A stretch of DNA of 32,000 nucleotides from Vulcanisaeta distributa DSM 14429 (GTDB taxonomy: Archaea > Thermoproteota > Thermoprotei > Thermoproteales > Thermocladiaceae). The stretch lies in contig NC_014537.1 in assembly GCF_000148385.1 (NCBI RefSeq), forward strand, positions 1,260,001 through 1,292,000, in the 5' to 3' direction. Made by a program: the position numbers and the translations under genes. The notes beneath the pieces were generated by a model. That model was given only the letters and a program-made list of their open reading frames with translations, did not search any database and was not told the origin of the DNA. Below are positions 8,838 to 16,535 of this stretch, in pieces (positions within the stretch are counted from its first letter, which is position 1; each line of letters opens with the position of its first letter).

Positions 8838-9773
8838 ATGGTTAAGGCCTTAATAACGGACCCAGTGGATGAGTACATAATCAACGAGTTGAGTAAGCAT
8901 GGCGTGACTGTTGATTATAGGCCAGGCATTAATAGGGATGATTTATTGAAGGTTGTTGGGGATTATGAAATTTTAGTAGTTAGGAGTAGGACAAAGGTCA
9001 CTAAGGAGGTTATTGATGCGGCCGGTAGGTTAAGGGTGATAGCTAGGGCTGGTGTTGGGCTGGATAACATTGACGTGGATTATGCCAGGTTAAGGGGTAT
9101 TGAGGTAATCAATGCGCCTGAGGGATCTACTCAATCAGTGGCGGAGCTGACCATAGGCTTAATGATCGCCGCAGCAAGGCTTGTGGCTCTGCAGGATAGG
9201 TTAGTTAAGGGTGGTGAGTGGCCGAAGGGTAAGTATGTCGGTAGTGAATTATTCGGGAAGGTACTTGGTATAATTGGGTTTGGCAGGATTGGACAGAGGG
9301 TCGCTGAGTTAGCTAGGGCTATAGGCATGAATATTCAGGCATATGATATAGTCGACATGAGAGATAAGGCATTAAAGCTCGGTGTTGATTTCGTAGATTT
9401 CGAGACACTGATTAGGAGTAGTGATTTCATAACAATACACGTATCCTTAACACCAAGTGCAAAGTACATGATTGGTGAGCGGGAGTTTCAGATGATGAAG
9501 GATGGCGTAATAATAATCAATACGTCCAGGGGCGAGGTAATAGATACAAGGGCATTACTCAAGGCGCTCAACGATGGTAAGGTGGCTGCCGCAGCTCTTG
9601 ACGTGCTTGAACATGAGCCGCCCAGGGAGCCTTGGGAAATAGAACTTGTTAAGCACCCAAGGGTCATAATAACACCGCACATAGGCGCAGAGACCAGGGA
9701 GGCTCAAAGAAGGATTGCGGAAATACTCGTGAACAAAATAGTGAATTACCTAATGAGCAATAACATTAAGTGA
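8838..9773 (+). CDS. D-isomer-specific 2-hydroxyacid dehydrogenase, 3-phosphoglycerate dehydrogenase-like (serA-like, no ACT domain)
   Basis: LVVRSRTKVTKEVIDAAGRLRVIARAGVGLDNIDV, GIIGFGRIGQRVA (NAD-binding GxGxxG) and TPHIGA. Confidence 0.8.
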   Translation: MVKALITDPVDEYIINELSKHGVTVDYRPGINRDDLLKVVGDYEILVVRSRTKVTKEVIDAAGRLRVIARAGVGLDNIDVDYARLRGIEVINAPEGSTQSVAELTIGLMIAAARLVALQDRLVKGGEWPKGKYVGSELFGKVLGIIGFGRIGQRVAELARAIGMNIQAYDIVDMRDKALKLGVDFVDFETLIRSSDFITIHVSLTPSAKYMIGEREFQMMKDGVIIINTSRGEVIDTRALLKALNDGKVAAAALDVLEHEPPREPWEIELVKHPRVIITPHIGAETREAQRRIAEILVNKIVNYLMSNNIK

Positions 9774-9927
9774 TTCAAGACAATGTTTGACAGGGGGACC
9801 TGACGACACGCATCATCGTGGGCTTTTCAAGCCCTCTCCGCGGTCATGCCTAGGAATTATTGGAGGTTTATTTTCGTTTCTCCGTATTACTGTAAAAGTT
9901 TTATACCATGCCAGCGCATGCGTATTG

Positions 9928-10203
9928 ATGGTTGACGTAAATAGTATTGTAAATAGGATAATGGGTATTGCCAGGGAATTGGGTATTACCGCATCAGTTG
10001 AGGAGTATGGGCGTGAGAAGGTCGTGATTCTTGAACTTGGTGAGGATTTCAGTATATATGTTTCCGTAGTGTGTAATAATGAATGCGACATTGAATATGC
10101 TATTGGTGATGAAAACTTCACGTTTAGGCCTGGGAGTATTAATTTATTGCGAAGAGCTGTGGAAATCATTGAGAGGATAAATGATGAAGTCACCAAGGCA
10201 TAA
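9928..10203 (+). CDS. Hypothetical small protein
   Basis: The track ORF starts at TTG 9787, but its first 47 codons look non-protein-like. The ATG at 9928 gives a 91-aa product, MVDVNSIVNRIMGIARELG... Confidence 0.45.
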   Translation: MVDVNSIVNRIMGIARELGITASVEEYGREKVVILELGEDFSIYVSVVCNNECDIEYAIGDENFTFRPGSINLLRRAVEIIERINDEVTKA

Positions 10204-10207
10204 ACCG

Positions 10208-10546
10208 TCATAACTTTAGGTATACCCAACCCTCTGCCTGTTTACGTACAATTTCAGCGACACCAGCATTCACAATTTTAACGCCATCTATTAACTGATC
10301 CTCCGTTATGTTTCTACTCCTCATTGAATTCCTGCAGGCGACTATCACGACACCACGCCTCATCAGATCCCTTATCCGATCCTCAACAGTGCTGCCCCTA
10401 ACAACGGCATTTATTGCGGATTGATGAAAAACAACCTCAACCTCTGCATCGGGTATTTCATTTATTAGGTTGTTGCATGAGGTTAGTGCCTGGTCCACGT
10501 TGTTAATATCCGAAACCTGTACCACGACTCTCAGCATCGAAATCAC
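10208..10546 (-). CDS. DsrE/DsrF-like sulfur-relay family protein
   Basis: ~110 aa with the pattern LRVVVQVS...VEVVFHQSAINAVV...GVVIVACRNSM typical of COG1416/DsrE-like proteins. Confidence 0.7.
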   Translation of the reverse strand: MISMLRVVVQVSDINNVDQALTSCNNLINEIPDAEVEVVFHQSAINAVVRGSTVEDRIRDLMRRGVVIVACRNSMRSRNITEDQLIDGVKIVNAGVAEIVRKQAEGWVYLKL

Positions 10547-10590
10547 ACCGAGAAACTAACTTAAAGGACTTCCCCGGCTAATCGTGATTA

Positions 10591-11331
10591 ATGAGTGAGG
10601 CTGACATAACTCTACCTGGCTTTAACATCATAAGTGATGTAAAGGGTGTGTTGAGCGGTGTTAGGATGAGTTTGGCAGGCAATCAATGGTTTGTTATTGA
10701 CGAGTTAATTAAATTTCTAAAGTCCATGGGGTTTAACGTGTATGTTGAGACCATACCACCAGGTCTTGTATTAAGGAGAGCATTGGGTGAGCCCCTCGTT
10801 ATTGGTGGTTTGGTTATTGACGTTAAGCCGGAAATAGTATCATTACCAACAAGCATGCTTAATGGGTTAACGGTCAAGGATAAGTTTGATTACGTTGAGA
10901 ATGACTTAGCAATAGTGTATGTTGGTGAGCCTGTGAATGATTGGTGTGAGTTGAGGAATAGGAGGGTTGCAATTCCGAACCCAGTCACGGAGGGCATTGG
11001 TGCATTGTTTAGGGAATTATGCACTGAGTACTGTGGTGATTACTCAGAATTTATTGGTAGAGGCTCAGTGTACCTAACGAGGATACACCATAGGGAAATA
11101 CCTGAATTACTCCGTAATGGGTTAATTGATGCGGGGGTTGTTTGGAGGACAGAGGCGATTTACTGGGGCTTTAAATATACGGTGCCCATTAGGAATAGGG
11201 TTAGTAGGTTATCCTTCGCGTTAATGCCGTGGGCAGGTAATGACGCTATTAAGGTCTTCGAACTTTTACGTAGCGACGATGTTAGGCGTATGTATGAGAA
11301 GTACGGGTTTAGGTGGATTGCAAAGCCCTAG
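10591..11331 (+). CDS. Periplasmic-binding-protein-like (ModA/WtpA-type fold) protein without signal peptide
   Basis: SLAGNQWFV, VSLPTSM, VAIPNPVTEGIG, IHHREIP and DAGVVWRTEA resemble SBP_bac_11-type anion-binding proteins. Assignment is tentative. Confidence 0.5.
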   Translation: MSEADITLPGFNIISDVKGVLSGVRMSLAGNQWFVIDELIKFLKSMGFNVYVETIPPGLVLRRALGEPLVIGGLVIDVKPEIVSLPTSMLNGLTVKDKFDYVENDLAIVYVGEPVNDWCELRNRRVAIPNPVTEGIGALFRELCTEYCGDYSEFIGRGSVYLTRIHHREIPELLRNGLIDAGVVWRTEAIYWGFKYTVPIRNRVSRLSFALMPWAGNDAIKVFELLRSDDVRRMYEKYGFRWIAKP

Positions 11332-11333
11332 AT

Positions 11334-11783
11334 TCATTGCTTATTCCTACCTATGAAAATATCGCTGGATTTAACCGTTACATCCTTATGAAGCAATTCA
11401 ATAATTGCTTTTCTATTATCATTAATCACCTTAATTAATTTCTTATCATCAGTTACCAACGTTAAATCCTCCTCAGATGCCACAGTGACGTAAGCGGCAT
11501 CATAATACGTCAACCTGATTTTCATTGCTAGATTAAGCACCAACTCGGGATTCTTTGGCTTAACAATATTCATATAACTAAAAATTTTAAGCATATCTTT
11601 ATACATAGTTAAAGCCTCGTCCTCTACTAAATACTTAAGCAACGCGGTTTCCCTCCAAATCGCATTACCAACCTCATATATTGTTAAGTCAAGCACATAA
11701 TTATTGCGTAAAACTTTTACTGCATCTCTCCTTAAATACTTAGTTATATTCATAATTGACGAAGCGTCAAATAGATAACTCAT
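11334..11783 (-). CDS. vapC: PIN-domain ribonuclease toxin
   Basis: MSYLFDASS (D6), TIYEVGNAIW, TYYDAAYVTVA and LVTDDKKL. 4-nt overlap with the upstream antitoxin gene. Confidence 0.85.
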   Translation of the reverse strand: MSYLFDASSIMNITKYLRRDAVKVLRNNYVLDLTIYEVGNAIWRETALLKYLVEDEALTMYKDMLKIFSYMNIVKPKNPELVLNLAMKIRLTYYDAAYVTVASEEDLTLVTDDKKLIKVINDNRKAIIELLHKDVTVKSSDIFIGRNKQ

Positions 11784-12007
11784 CCTTCATCACGGCTTAA
11801 TCTAACAGCTTTTATGATCTCCTCATCAGGTATCTTACTAAGTATTTGACCTGCTTCATCGAGAGCCCTAGCCAATTCCTCTTCCTCGGCCTTCCTGACC
11901 TCCTCTTCAAGCGCCCTCCTTATTACGTCGCTAATTGGTATATTATATTTCTTCAACTTCTCCCACAGCTCCCTCTTTATCTTTGCGGATACCGTTACGT
12001 AACCCAT
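11780..12007 (-). CDS. vapB: VapB-type antitoxin (RHH-like N-terminus, acidic C-terminus)
   Basis: 75 aa. VSAKIKRELWEKLKKYNIPISDVIRRALEEEV. ATGA overlap with the PIN gene. Confidence 0.7.
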   Translation of the reverse strand: MGYVTVSAKIKRELWEKLKKYNIPISDVIRRALEEEVRKAEEEELARALDEAGQILSKIPDEEIIKAVRLSRDEG

Positions 12008-12010
12008 ACA

Positions 12011-12035
12011 AGTATTACTATTAACGGTAGTATTA
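12011..12035 (-). promoter_or_regulatory. Direct repeat AGTATTA x2 over the promoter of the second vapBC operon
   Basis: AGTATTA at 12011-12017 and 12029-12035 (plus-strand reading). The second copy overlaps the TTTATAAT box on the minus strand. Start codon at 12007. Confidence 0.25.
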
Positions 12036-12075
12036 TAAACCCTACCCCAATATCAATGCCTACAATACCTTCACT

Positions 12076-12987
12076 TCAATGCAACCCCACGAGAACATTG
12101 TTATACTTGAGCAGCATTTCCTTCATCTTAAGTGCGTCCTTCTCGAGTAGTGGCGACTCGTTTATTATGGTTATCTCAATATCTTCGCTGCCTAACTCCC
12201 TGGCGAGGGGCTCGAAGGGTGGATTATTAGTGTCAATTGGCTCATGCTCATCAACCCATTCACCCTTCCTGTACTTAACGCAGGTGAAGTGGGTGTGCAT
12301 TGGTTGGTCCCCGAAGTACTCACGCCACATGTTAAGCACAGCCCTATAATCAATAGAACCACCATTCCTGGCAAACACGTGTCCCCAATCGATGACGGCA
12401 ACAACCTGTGGGTGATTAATCTCCTTAACGAGCCTAAAGGTCTCTTCCAAACCGCCGAATTGGCTTTTCCTGGCCATAACCTCGAGGCCAAGCTTAACAT
12501 TCTTAATATCATTCTCCTTCATCCAATCAATGATCCTGAGGACGCCATCCTTAACGGCATTATAGCACCCCTCCGGGCCAAGCTTACCGTAGTATGCCGG
12601 GTGGAAGACAACCACGGTCGCGCCCATCGCCTCGCCCCTATCAAGGGATTCCTGAAGCCTAGTTAAGCTAGCCTCAACCTTATCTCTCTCCTCACTGCAT
12701 AGGTTTATGAAGTAGGGCGCATGCACGGACAGCCTAACACCAAGTTCCCTAGCAACCTCACCAGCCTCCTGCGCAGCCTCCCTGGTCATCCTAACCCCCT
12801 GCACAAACTCAACCTCCATGGCGTTCAGGCCGACCTCGCTCACGTACCTAATACCGTCTATCGTACCAGCACTCCTCTTCCTCTCCTTAGCACCTATTGG
12901 AATCCCGGCAGGTCCGAGGTATACCCTAGCCATTGAGGTAAGCATTGCGAACAAAACTAAAGAGTTTTGCCTCAGAAACCAACTCAA
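12076..12987 (-). CDS. Xylose-isomerase-like TIM-barrel protein, endonuclease IV-like
   Basis: LSVHAPYFINLCS, VVVFHPAYYG, LGLEVMARK and IDWGH motifs. The likely true start is M19 (MARVYLGPAG) at 12933. Confidence 0.65.
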   Translation of the reverse strand: MSWFLRQNSLVLFAMLTSMARVYLGPAGIPIGAKERKRSAGTIDGIRYVSEVGLNAMEVEFVQGVRMTREAAQEAGEVARELGVRLSVHAPYFINLCSEERDKVEASLTRLQESLDRGEAMGATVVVFHPAYYGKLGPEGCYNAVKDGVLRIIDWMKENDIKNVKLGLEVMARKSQFGGLEETFRLVKEINHPQVVAVIDWGHVFARNGGSIDYRAVLNMWREYFGDQPMHTHFTCVKYRKGEWVDEHEPIDTNNPPFEPLARELGSEDIEITIINESPLLEKDALKMKEMLLKYNNVLVGLH

Positions 12988-13005
12988 TAGATCAAAGATA
13001 ATACA

Positions 13006-13371
13006 TTACCTCACGCACCTCCTCGCCCTAACTACCAACTCGCTTGAGATGCCCAAGTCATCCCTGAGAACAATGCCCAAGGCAATATCAAGGGCGAGCG
13101 GGTAGCACCGGTCAACGATCTTAAATACCTCATTAACATTAAATGCTAGGACCTCGACATTAGGCGGAGTATCTAAGTCAAGAAGTCTCCTATGCGGTGG
13201 CTCATTAAAGTCGCCTATAACAACGACATCGATGTCGCTATCCTCTGCGAAATCACCCCTAGCATACGAACCAACTAGGAATACCGTACCATGAACCCTA
13301 TCAGCAACCTGCCTAGCCAGCTCCAATGCCCTACTCCTCAACTCCTCACGCCACTTAATAATCCCCTCCAT
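13006..13371 (-). CDS. mntA: Minimal nucleotidyltransferase (MNT) antitoxin of HEPN-MNT pair
   Basis: LVGSYARGDFAEDSDIDVVVI (GSxxRG...DxD). 34-nt overlap with the upstream HEPN gene. Confidence 0.85.
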   Translation of the reverse strand: MEGIIKWREELRSRALELARQVADRVHGTVFLVGSYARGDFAEDSDIDVVVIGDFNEPPHRRLLDLDTPPNVEVLAFNVNEVFKIVDRCYPLALDIALGIVLRDDLGISSELVVRARRCVR

Positions 13372-13766
13372 AAATCCTCAACAAACACTATAATCCTCTC
13401 AGCAGCCTTAATAGCCATTTCCGCATCACTACGCGTAAAGTACTCATAAGGCACACCCTCACTCCATGCATCAACATACCTAGTCGGCACGTAGAACTTA
13501 TCAAGAAACTTACCCAAATCCATAACATCACTGGGGACCTGAACCATCCTACCCAATTCACTAAGCAAATGAGTAATGGAGTGACCCCTCGTGGGCCTGC
13601 CAATTCCGTATAGAATAGCCTTCACGGCAAACTCCGACGCCTGATGCGCCTTGAAACACGACCAATTATAATCCCCCCTCTCCTCATCACCCCTCGCCGA
13701 CTCAAGCGTTCTCCTAGCCATTAAAATCCACCTACCGAACTCCTCAACATCAACGCTAAGACTCAT
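13338..13766 (-). CDS. hepT: HEPN-domain toxin of HEPN-MNT pair
   Basis: FKAHQASEFAVKAILY...PTRGHSITHLL (the R-x-H HEPN motif region). Confidence 0.85.
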   Translation of the reverse strand: MSLSVDVEEFGRWILMARRTLESARGDEERGDYNWSCFKAHQASEFAVKAILYGIGRPTRGHSITHLLSELGRMVQVPSDVMDLGKFLDKFYVPTRYVDAWSEGVPYEYFTRSDAEMAIKAAERIIVFVEDLWRGLLSGVRS

Positions 13767-13773
13767 TACCCCT

Positions 13774-13810
13774 CAAAAGGCCTAGGCTGAGTTAAAAAGT
13801 GTATAAAGGC
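13774..13810. promoter_or_regulatory. Direct repeat AAAGGCCT x2 in the 51-bp divergent HEPN/amrS intergenic region
   Basis: 13774-13781 and 13803-13810. Each contains the palindrome AGGCCT. Confidence 0.25.
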
Positions 13811-13817
13811 CTGAACC

Positions 13818-14921
13818 ATGAGTATTACTGAAATGCCCATTTACTCATGGCCGTTAAGAATGTACGAACCATCAAGCGAATTACTCAGGTTACCCAACGT
13901 TAGGGAGAGCTCATTCAGTGTGAGTCTCGAGAATAATAGGGTCAAGTGCACATTATGCCATAGGCAATGCACACTGTCAAATGGGCAGGTTGGACTCTGC
14001 GGTATGCGATTCAACATCAACGGAAGACTCTACACAGCCACATACGGCCTACTAACGGCAGCTGAATCAAGACCAATGGAGATCAAACCATTATTCCACT
14101 ACTATCCACGCACATCAGCCCTAACAATTAGTACGTATGGATGCAACTTCCCATGTGCATGGTGTCAGAATTGGCACTTGAGCAAATTTACCAGCATGGA
14201 TGGCGTTTATGTGCCACCTGAGAAGCTTGTTGAGTGGGCTATTGAAAATGGTGACTCCGGGATTAACGTGAGTTTTAATGAACCGACACTACTAACTGAG
14301 TATGTAATCGACGTTTTTAGGCTTGCCAGGGCCAGGGGCTTGCACGCCTCAATCAACACCAATGGTTATCTCACCCCTGAGGCCCTGAGGGCCTTATTTA
14401 ATGCGGGTATGGATGGGATGAACTCCGACATTAAGGGTGGCCGTGAGACATATAAGCGGTGGTTAGCTGCTGATTTCGATAGGTTAATGAGTACCCTTGA
14501 GTATGCCGTTAAGTTGGGTATTCACTTGGAGGTTACGTACCTAGTAATACCTGGTGTTAATGATGATGAGGCTGATGAGGTAATAAATGCGGTGGCCAGG
14601 TTGGGTAGGGATGTTCCACTTCACATAACGGCTTATTACCCAGCACATAAGCTACGCAATTCACCAACACCTGTTGAGTTGATTGAGAACATTTGGAGGA
14701 GGGCTAAGAAAGAGCTTGACTACGTCTATGTCGGCAATATACCTGGGCACCCGGGCCAGCACACGTATTGTCCAAGGTGTGGTGCCGTATTAATTAAGAG
14801 ATTTGAGGACAGAGTCATCGACGTGAAGCTGGTAAACTACAAATGCCCCAGGTGCGGCTATGAAATAAAGATCAGAGGCTACATAGGCAAGTACGGAAAC
14901 CTATACAGAAGGTTCGTATAG
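13818..14921 (+). CDS. amrS: AmmeMemoRadiSam-system radical SAM enzyme (PFL-activase related)
   Basis: CTLCHRQCTL...LCG N-terminal Cys motif, GCNFPCAWCQNW (CxxxCxxC), and a C-terminal CPRC...CPRC ribbon. Confidence 0.8.
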   Translation: MSITEMPIYSWPLRMYEPSSELLRLPNVRESSFSVSLENNRVKCTLCHRQCTLSNGQVGLCGMRFNINGRLYTATYGLLTAAESRPMEIKPLFHYYPRTSALTISTYGCNFPCAWCQNWHLSKFTSMDGVYVPPEKLVEWAIENGDSGINVSFNEPTLLTEYVIDVFRLARARGLHASINTNGYLTPEALRALFNAGMDGMNSDIKGGRETYKRWLAADFDRLMSTLEYAVKLGIHLEVTYLVIPGVNDDEADEVINAVARLGRDVPLHITAYYPAHKLRNSPTPVELIENIWRRAKKELDYVYVGNIPGHPGQHTYCPRCGAVLIKRFEDRVIDVKLVNYKCPRCGYEIKIRGYIGKYGNLYRRFV

Positions 14922-15687
14922 TTAAACAGTGCCGTGACATAATTGACACAAACATGGAGATTAATATTTGGTGCGATGTGCTAATAAACTATATATTACT
15001 TTACCTATCTCGTTCACTGTGAAAAACCAAATAATAGAGTAGAATGTGACATAGAAATAAAAGGTGAGTTCTCAGTCTGCATTTCATTAAAAACTGTCAC
15101 AAATGCTAGTTTTCACCAACTTGATAGGAGATGGCTAACTGAGTGGAAGTCAAAAATTAACGTAAACCTAACAAACCTAATTTAACTTATAAATTACTAG
15201 ACCTTATTCGATACGTTACAATTAATTATGCTCTAAAGATGCTCAACCCTTAGAACGTAAAAGAATACTTGTTACGAACGTAACCTCAGGTCTACGTCAA
15301 CATATTAAGCTTTATAACTTCACTGGTATAACTTACATAAGAAGAACACCGCACTTCACGGCTTATTACACCGTGAGATGCAAATTCGTGGTTAATAATT
15401 TGTTTAATATTGATGCTATGTCGTAGATTATGTGGGTCTTTAAATGCCGTTAGTTCAATTAAGGAACGATTGCCCTCACATATACTAGGAAACACAATAT
15501 CAACATAACTAATAATAGGGTCAAGAACATTACCAATAGTATGTAATAAAACAACAACCAAGCTTACGAACAAGAAATCTAATATTTATTAGAGTCATGA
15601 CGTGAGATAATAATTTAAGTCTAGCCTTGATATAGTTACTCCATGCTTAGGGTCAGGTTTAAAGCTTGATTAATACAATTAAATATT

Positions 15688-16173
15688 GTGTCTAATCTAC
15701 GCATTATTGCCGGTATTGGTATGGTGGGAAAACTGGTGATGATCATATTCGCCGTGGTGATTGTGTCGCTTATCCTCTTGTTCGTAAGTTTGAATAAATC
15801 ATCACCAGCAACGGTGAAGACGGTATCATCACTTCCTTCACCGTATATACCAAGTTGTTTCTCACAGGGACCCGATATTTCGGTAAGTCCCGGCGCAACT
15901 TATGAGTGCGTGTTGGCGTACATGCCGACAGGTAATTGTGGGGTGTATATCTCACTTAACCTCACGTCAAGCATGCCCGTGAATGTCGAGATGTCGGATG
16001 AAAACGGTTATGTGCTCTATCAGTGGTCTGGCATGACGTATATTAACCAAGAAATTAAGCTGGTTAATCCAAGCTCATACAGCGACAACCTCTACCTCAT
16101 AATCCATAATCCCAACGGTTACACCGCAAACGTGTACTTATCATACACTGAATACAGAGGATGTAGCAGTTAG
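15688..16173 (+). CDS. N-terminally membrane-anchored beta-rich extracellular protein
   Basis: Hydrophobic segment LVMIIFAVVIVSLILLFVSL, then a beta-rich domain ending NLYLIIHNPNGYTANVYLSYTEY. This resembles the N-terminal module of the thermopsin-like protein at 19913. Confidence 0.6.
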   Translation: MSNLRIIAGIGMVGKLVMIIFAVVIVSLILLFVSLNKSSPATVKTVSSLPSPYIPSCFSQGPDISVSPGATYECVLAYMPTGNCGVYISLNLTSSMPVNVEMSDENGYVLYQWSGMTYINQEIKLVNPSSYSDNLYLIIHNPNGYTANVYLSYTEYRGCSS

Positions 16174-16332
16174 TCAATGTTATAAGCTGTGATTAAAATT
16201 ATTGGTTTCAATTTTGCAATCTTCGTATTTTGTTTCATTTACGACGGCGATTATAAGTAAGATTCTAAACTCAATTTAAAATAATCACGTGCAGCACAGC
16301 ACTTAATAATTGCCCTTAATGTCGTGGTTAAT

Positions 16333-16503
16333 GTGAGTGATAAGTTACGTAGAGCTATTGATAATGCTGCTGTTGCTGGTGATTATTCGCTTATTGAGCG
16401 GTTAGTTAGCGTTATTGAGTCTTGGGACAACGTCGATGATGAGGAGAGGAGGCCATACAGAATATTCATGAGTAGGTGTAAATCACTTTATAAGCGGACA
16501 TGA
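16333..16503 (+). CDS. Candidate small protein (56 aa), below ORF-track cutoff
   Basis: My translation from GTG 16333: VSDKLRRAIDNAAVAGDYSLIERLVSVIESWDNVDDEERRPYRIFMSRCKSLYKRT, stop TGA 16501-16503. An A/T box (CTTAATAATTG) lies ~25 nt upstream. A perfect 8-bp hairpin starts 5 nt after the stop. Confidence 0.3.
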   Translation: MSDKLRRAIDNAAVAGDYSLIERLVSVIESWDNVDDEERRPYRIFMSRCKSLYKRT

Positions 16504-16507
16504 AATA

Positions 16508-16535
16508 CTACATGCCAATGGTTAATTGCATGTAG
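16508..16535 (+). terminator. Hairpin CTACATGC-N12-GCATGTAG downstream of the small ORF
   Basis: Perfect 8-bp inverted repeat read directly. A T5 run follows at ~16572-16577. Confidence 0.3.

Noticed and set aside
1064-9682. Other short overlapping ORFs from the track in the first third of the window (1064-1333-, 2108-2407-, 3138-3341+, 3298-3693-, 5339-5542-, 7157-7492+, 9131-9328-, 9488-9682-)
   Set aside because: Each lies inside a longer ORF with recognisable family motifs, and each has low-complexity or proline/serine-rich shadow composition.
9819-9835. Anticodon-arm-like hairpin with a TTTTCAA loop (would read as tRNA-Glu UUC), considered as a tRNA or split-tRNA half
   Set aside because: No D-arm can be built from the upstream sequence. 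There is no GTTC-type T-arm or acceptor pairing downstream. The stem needs a U-U mismatch, and a 6-bp triloop fold is a better alternative.
9787-10229. Mirror-image pair of 138-aa ORFs on opposite strands
   Set aside because: The minus-strand product is S/T/I/L-rich shadow sequence with no motif. The first 47 codons of the plus ORF (TTG start) look non-protein-like. I kept only ATG 9928-10203.
11846-13105. Several overlapping ORFs from the track (11846-12349+, 12192-12512-, 12244-12666+, 12721-12936+, 12818-13105+)
   Set aside because: All overlap the vapB, TIM-barrel or MNT genes in other frames or on the other strand, and all lack motifs. I treat them as frame shadows.
15292-15573. 93-aa minus-strand ORF in the AT-rich spacer
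   Set aside because: It has a TTG start, no motif, odd composition and no obvious promoter, and it lies in low-GC DNA where long random ORFs are less surprising. Not supported as a gene.
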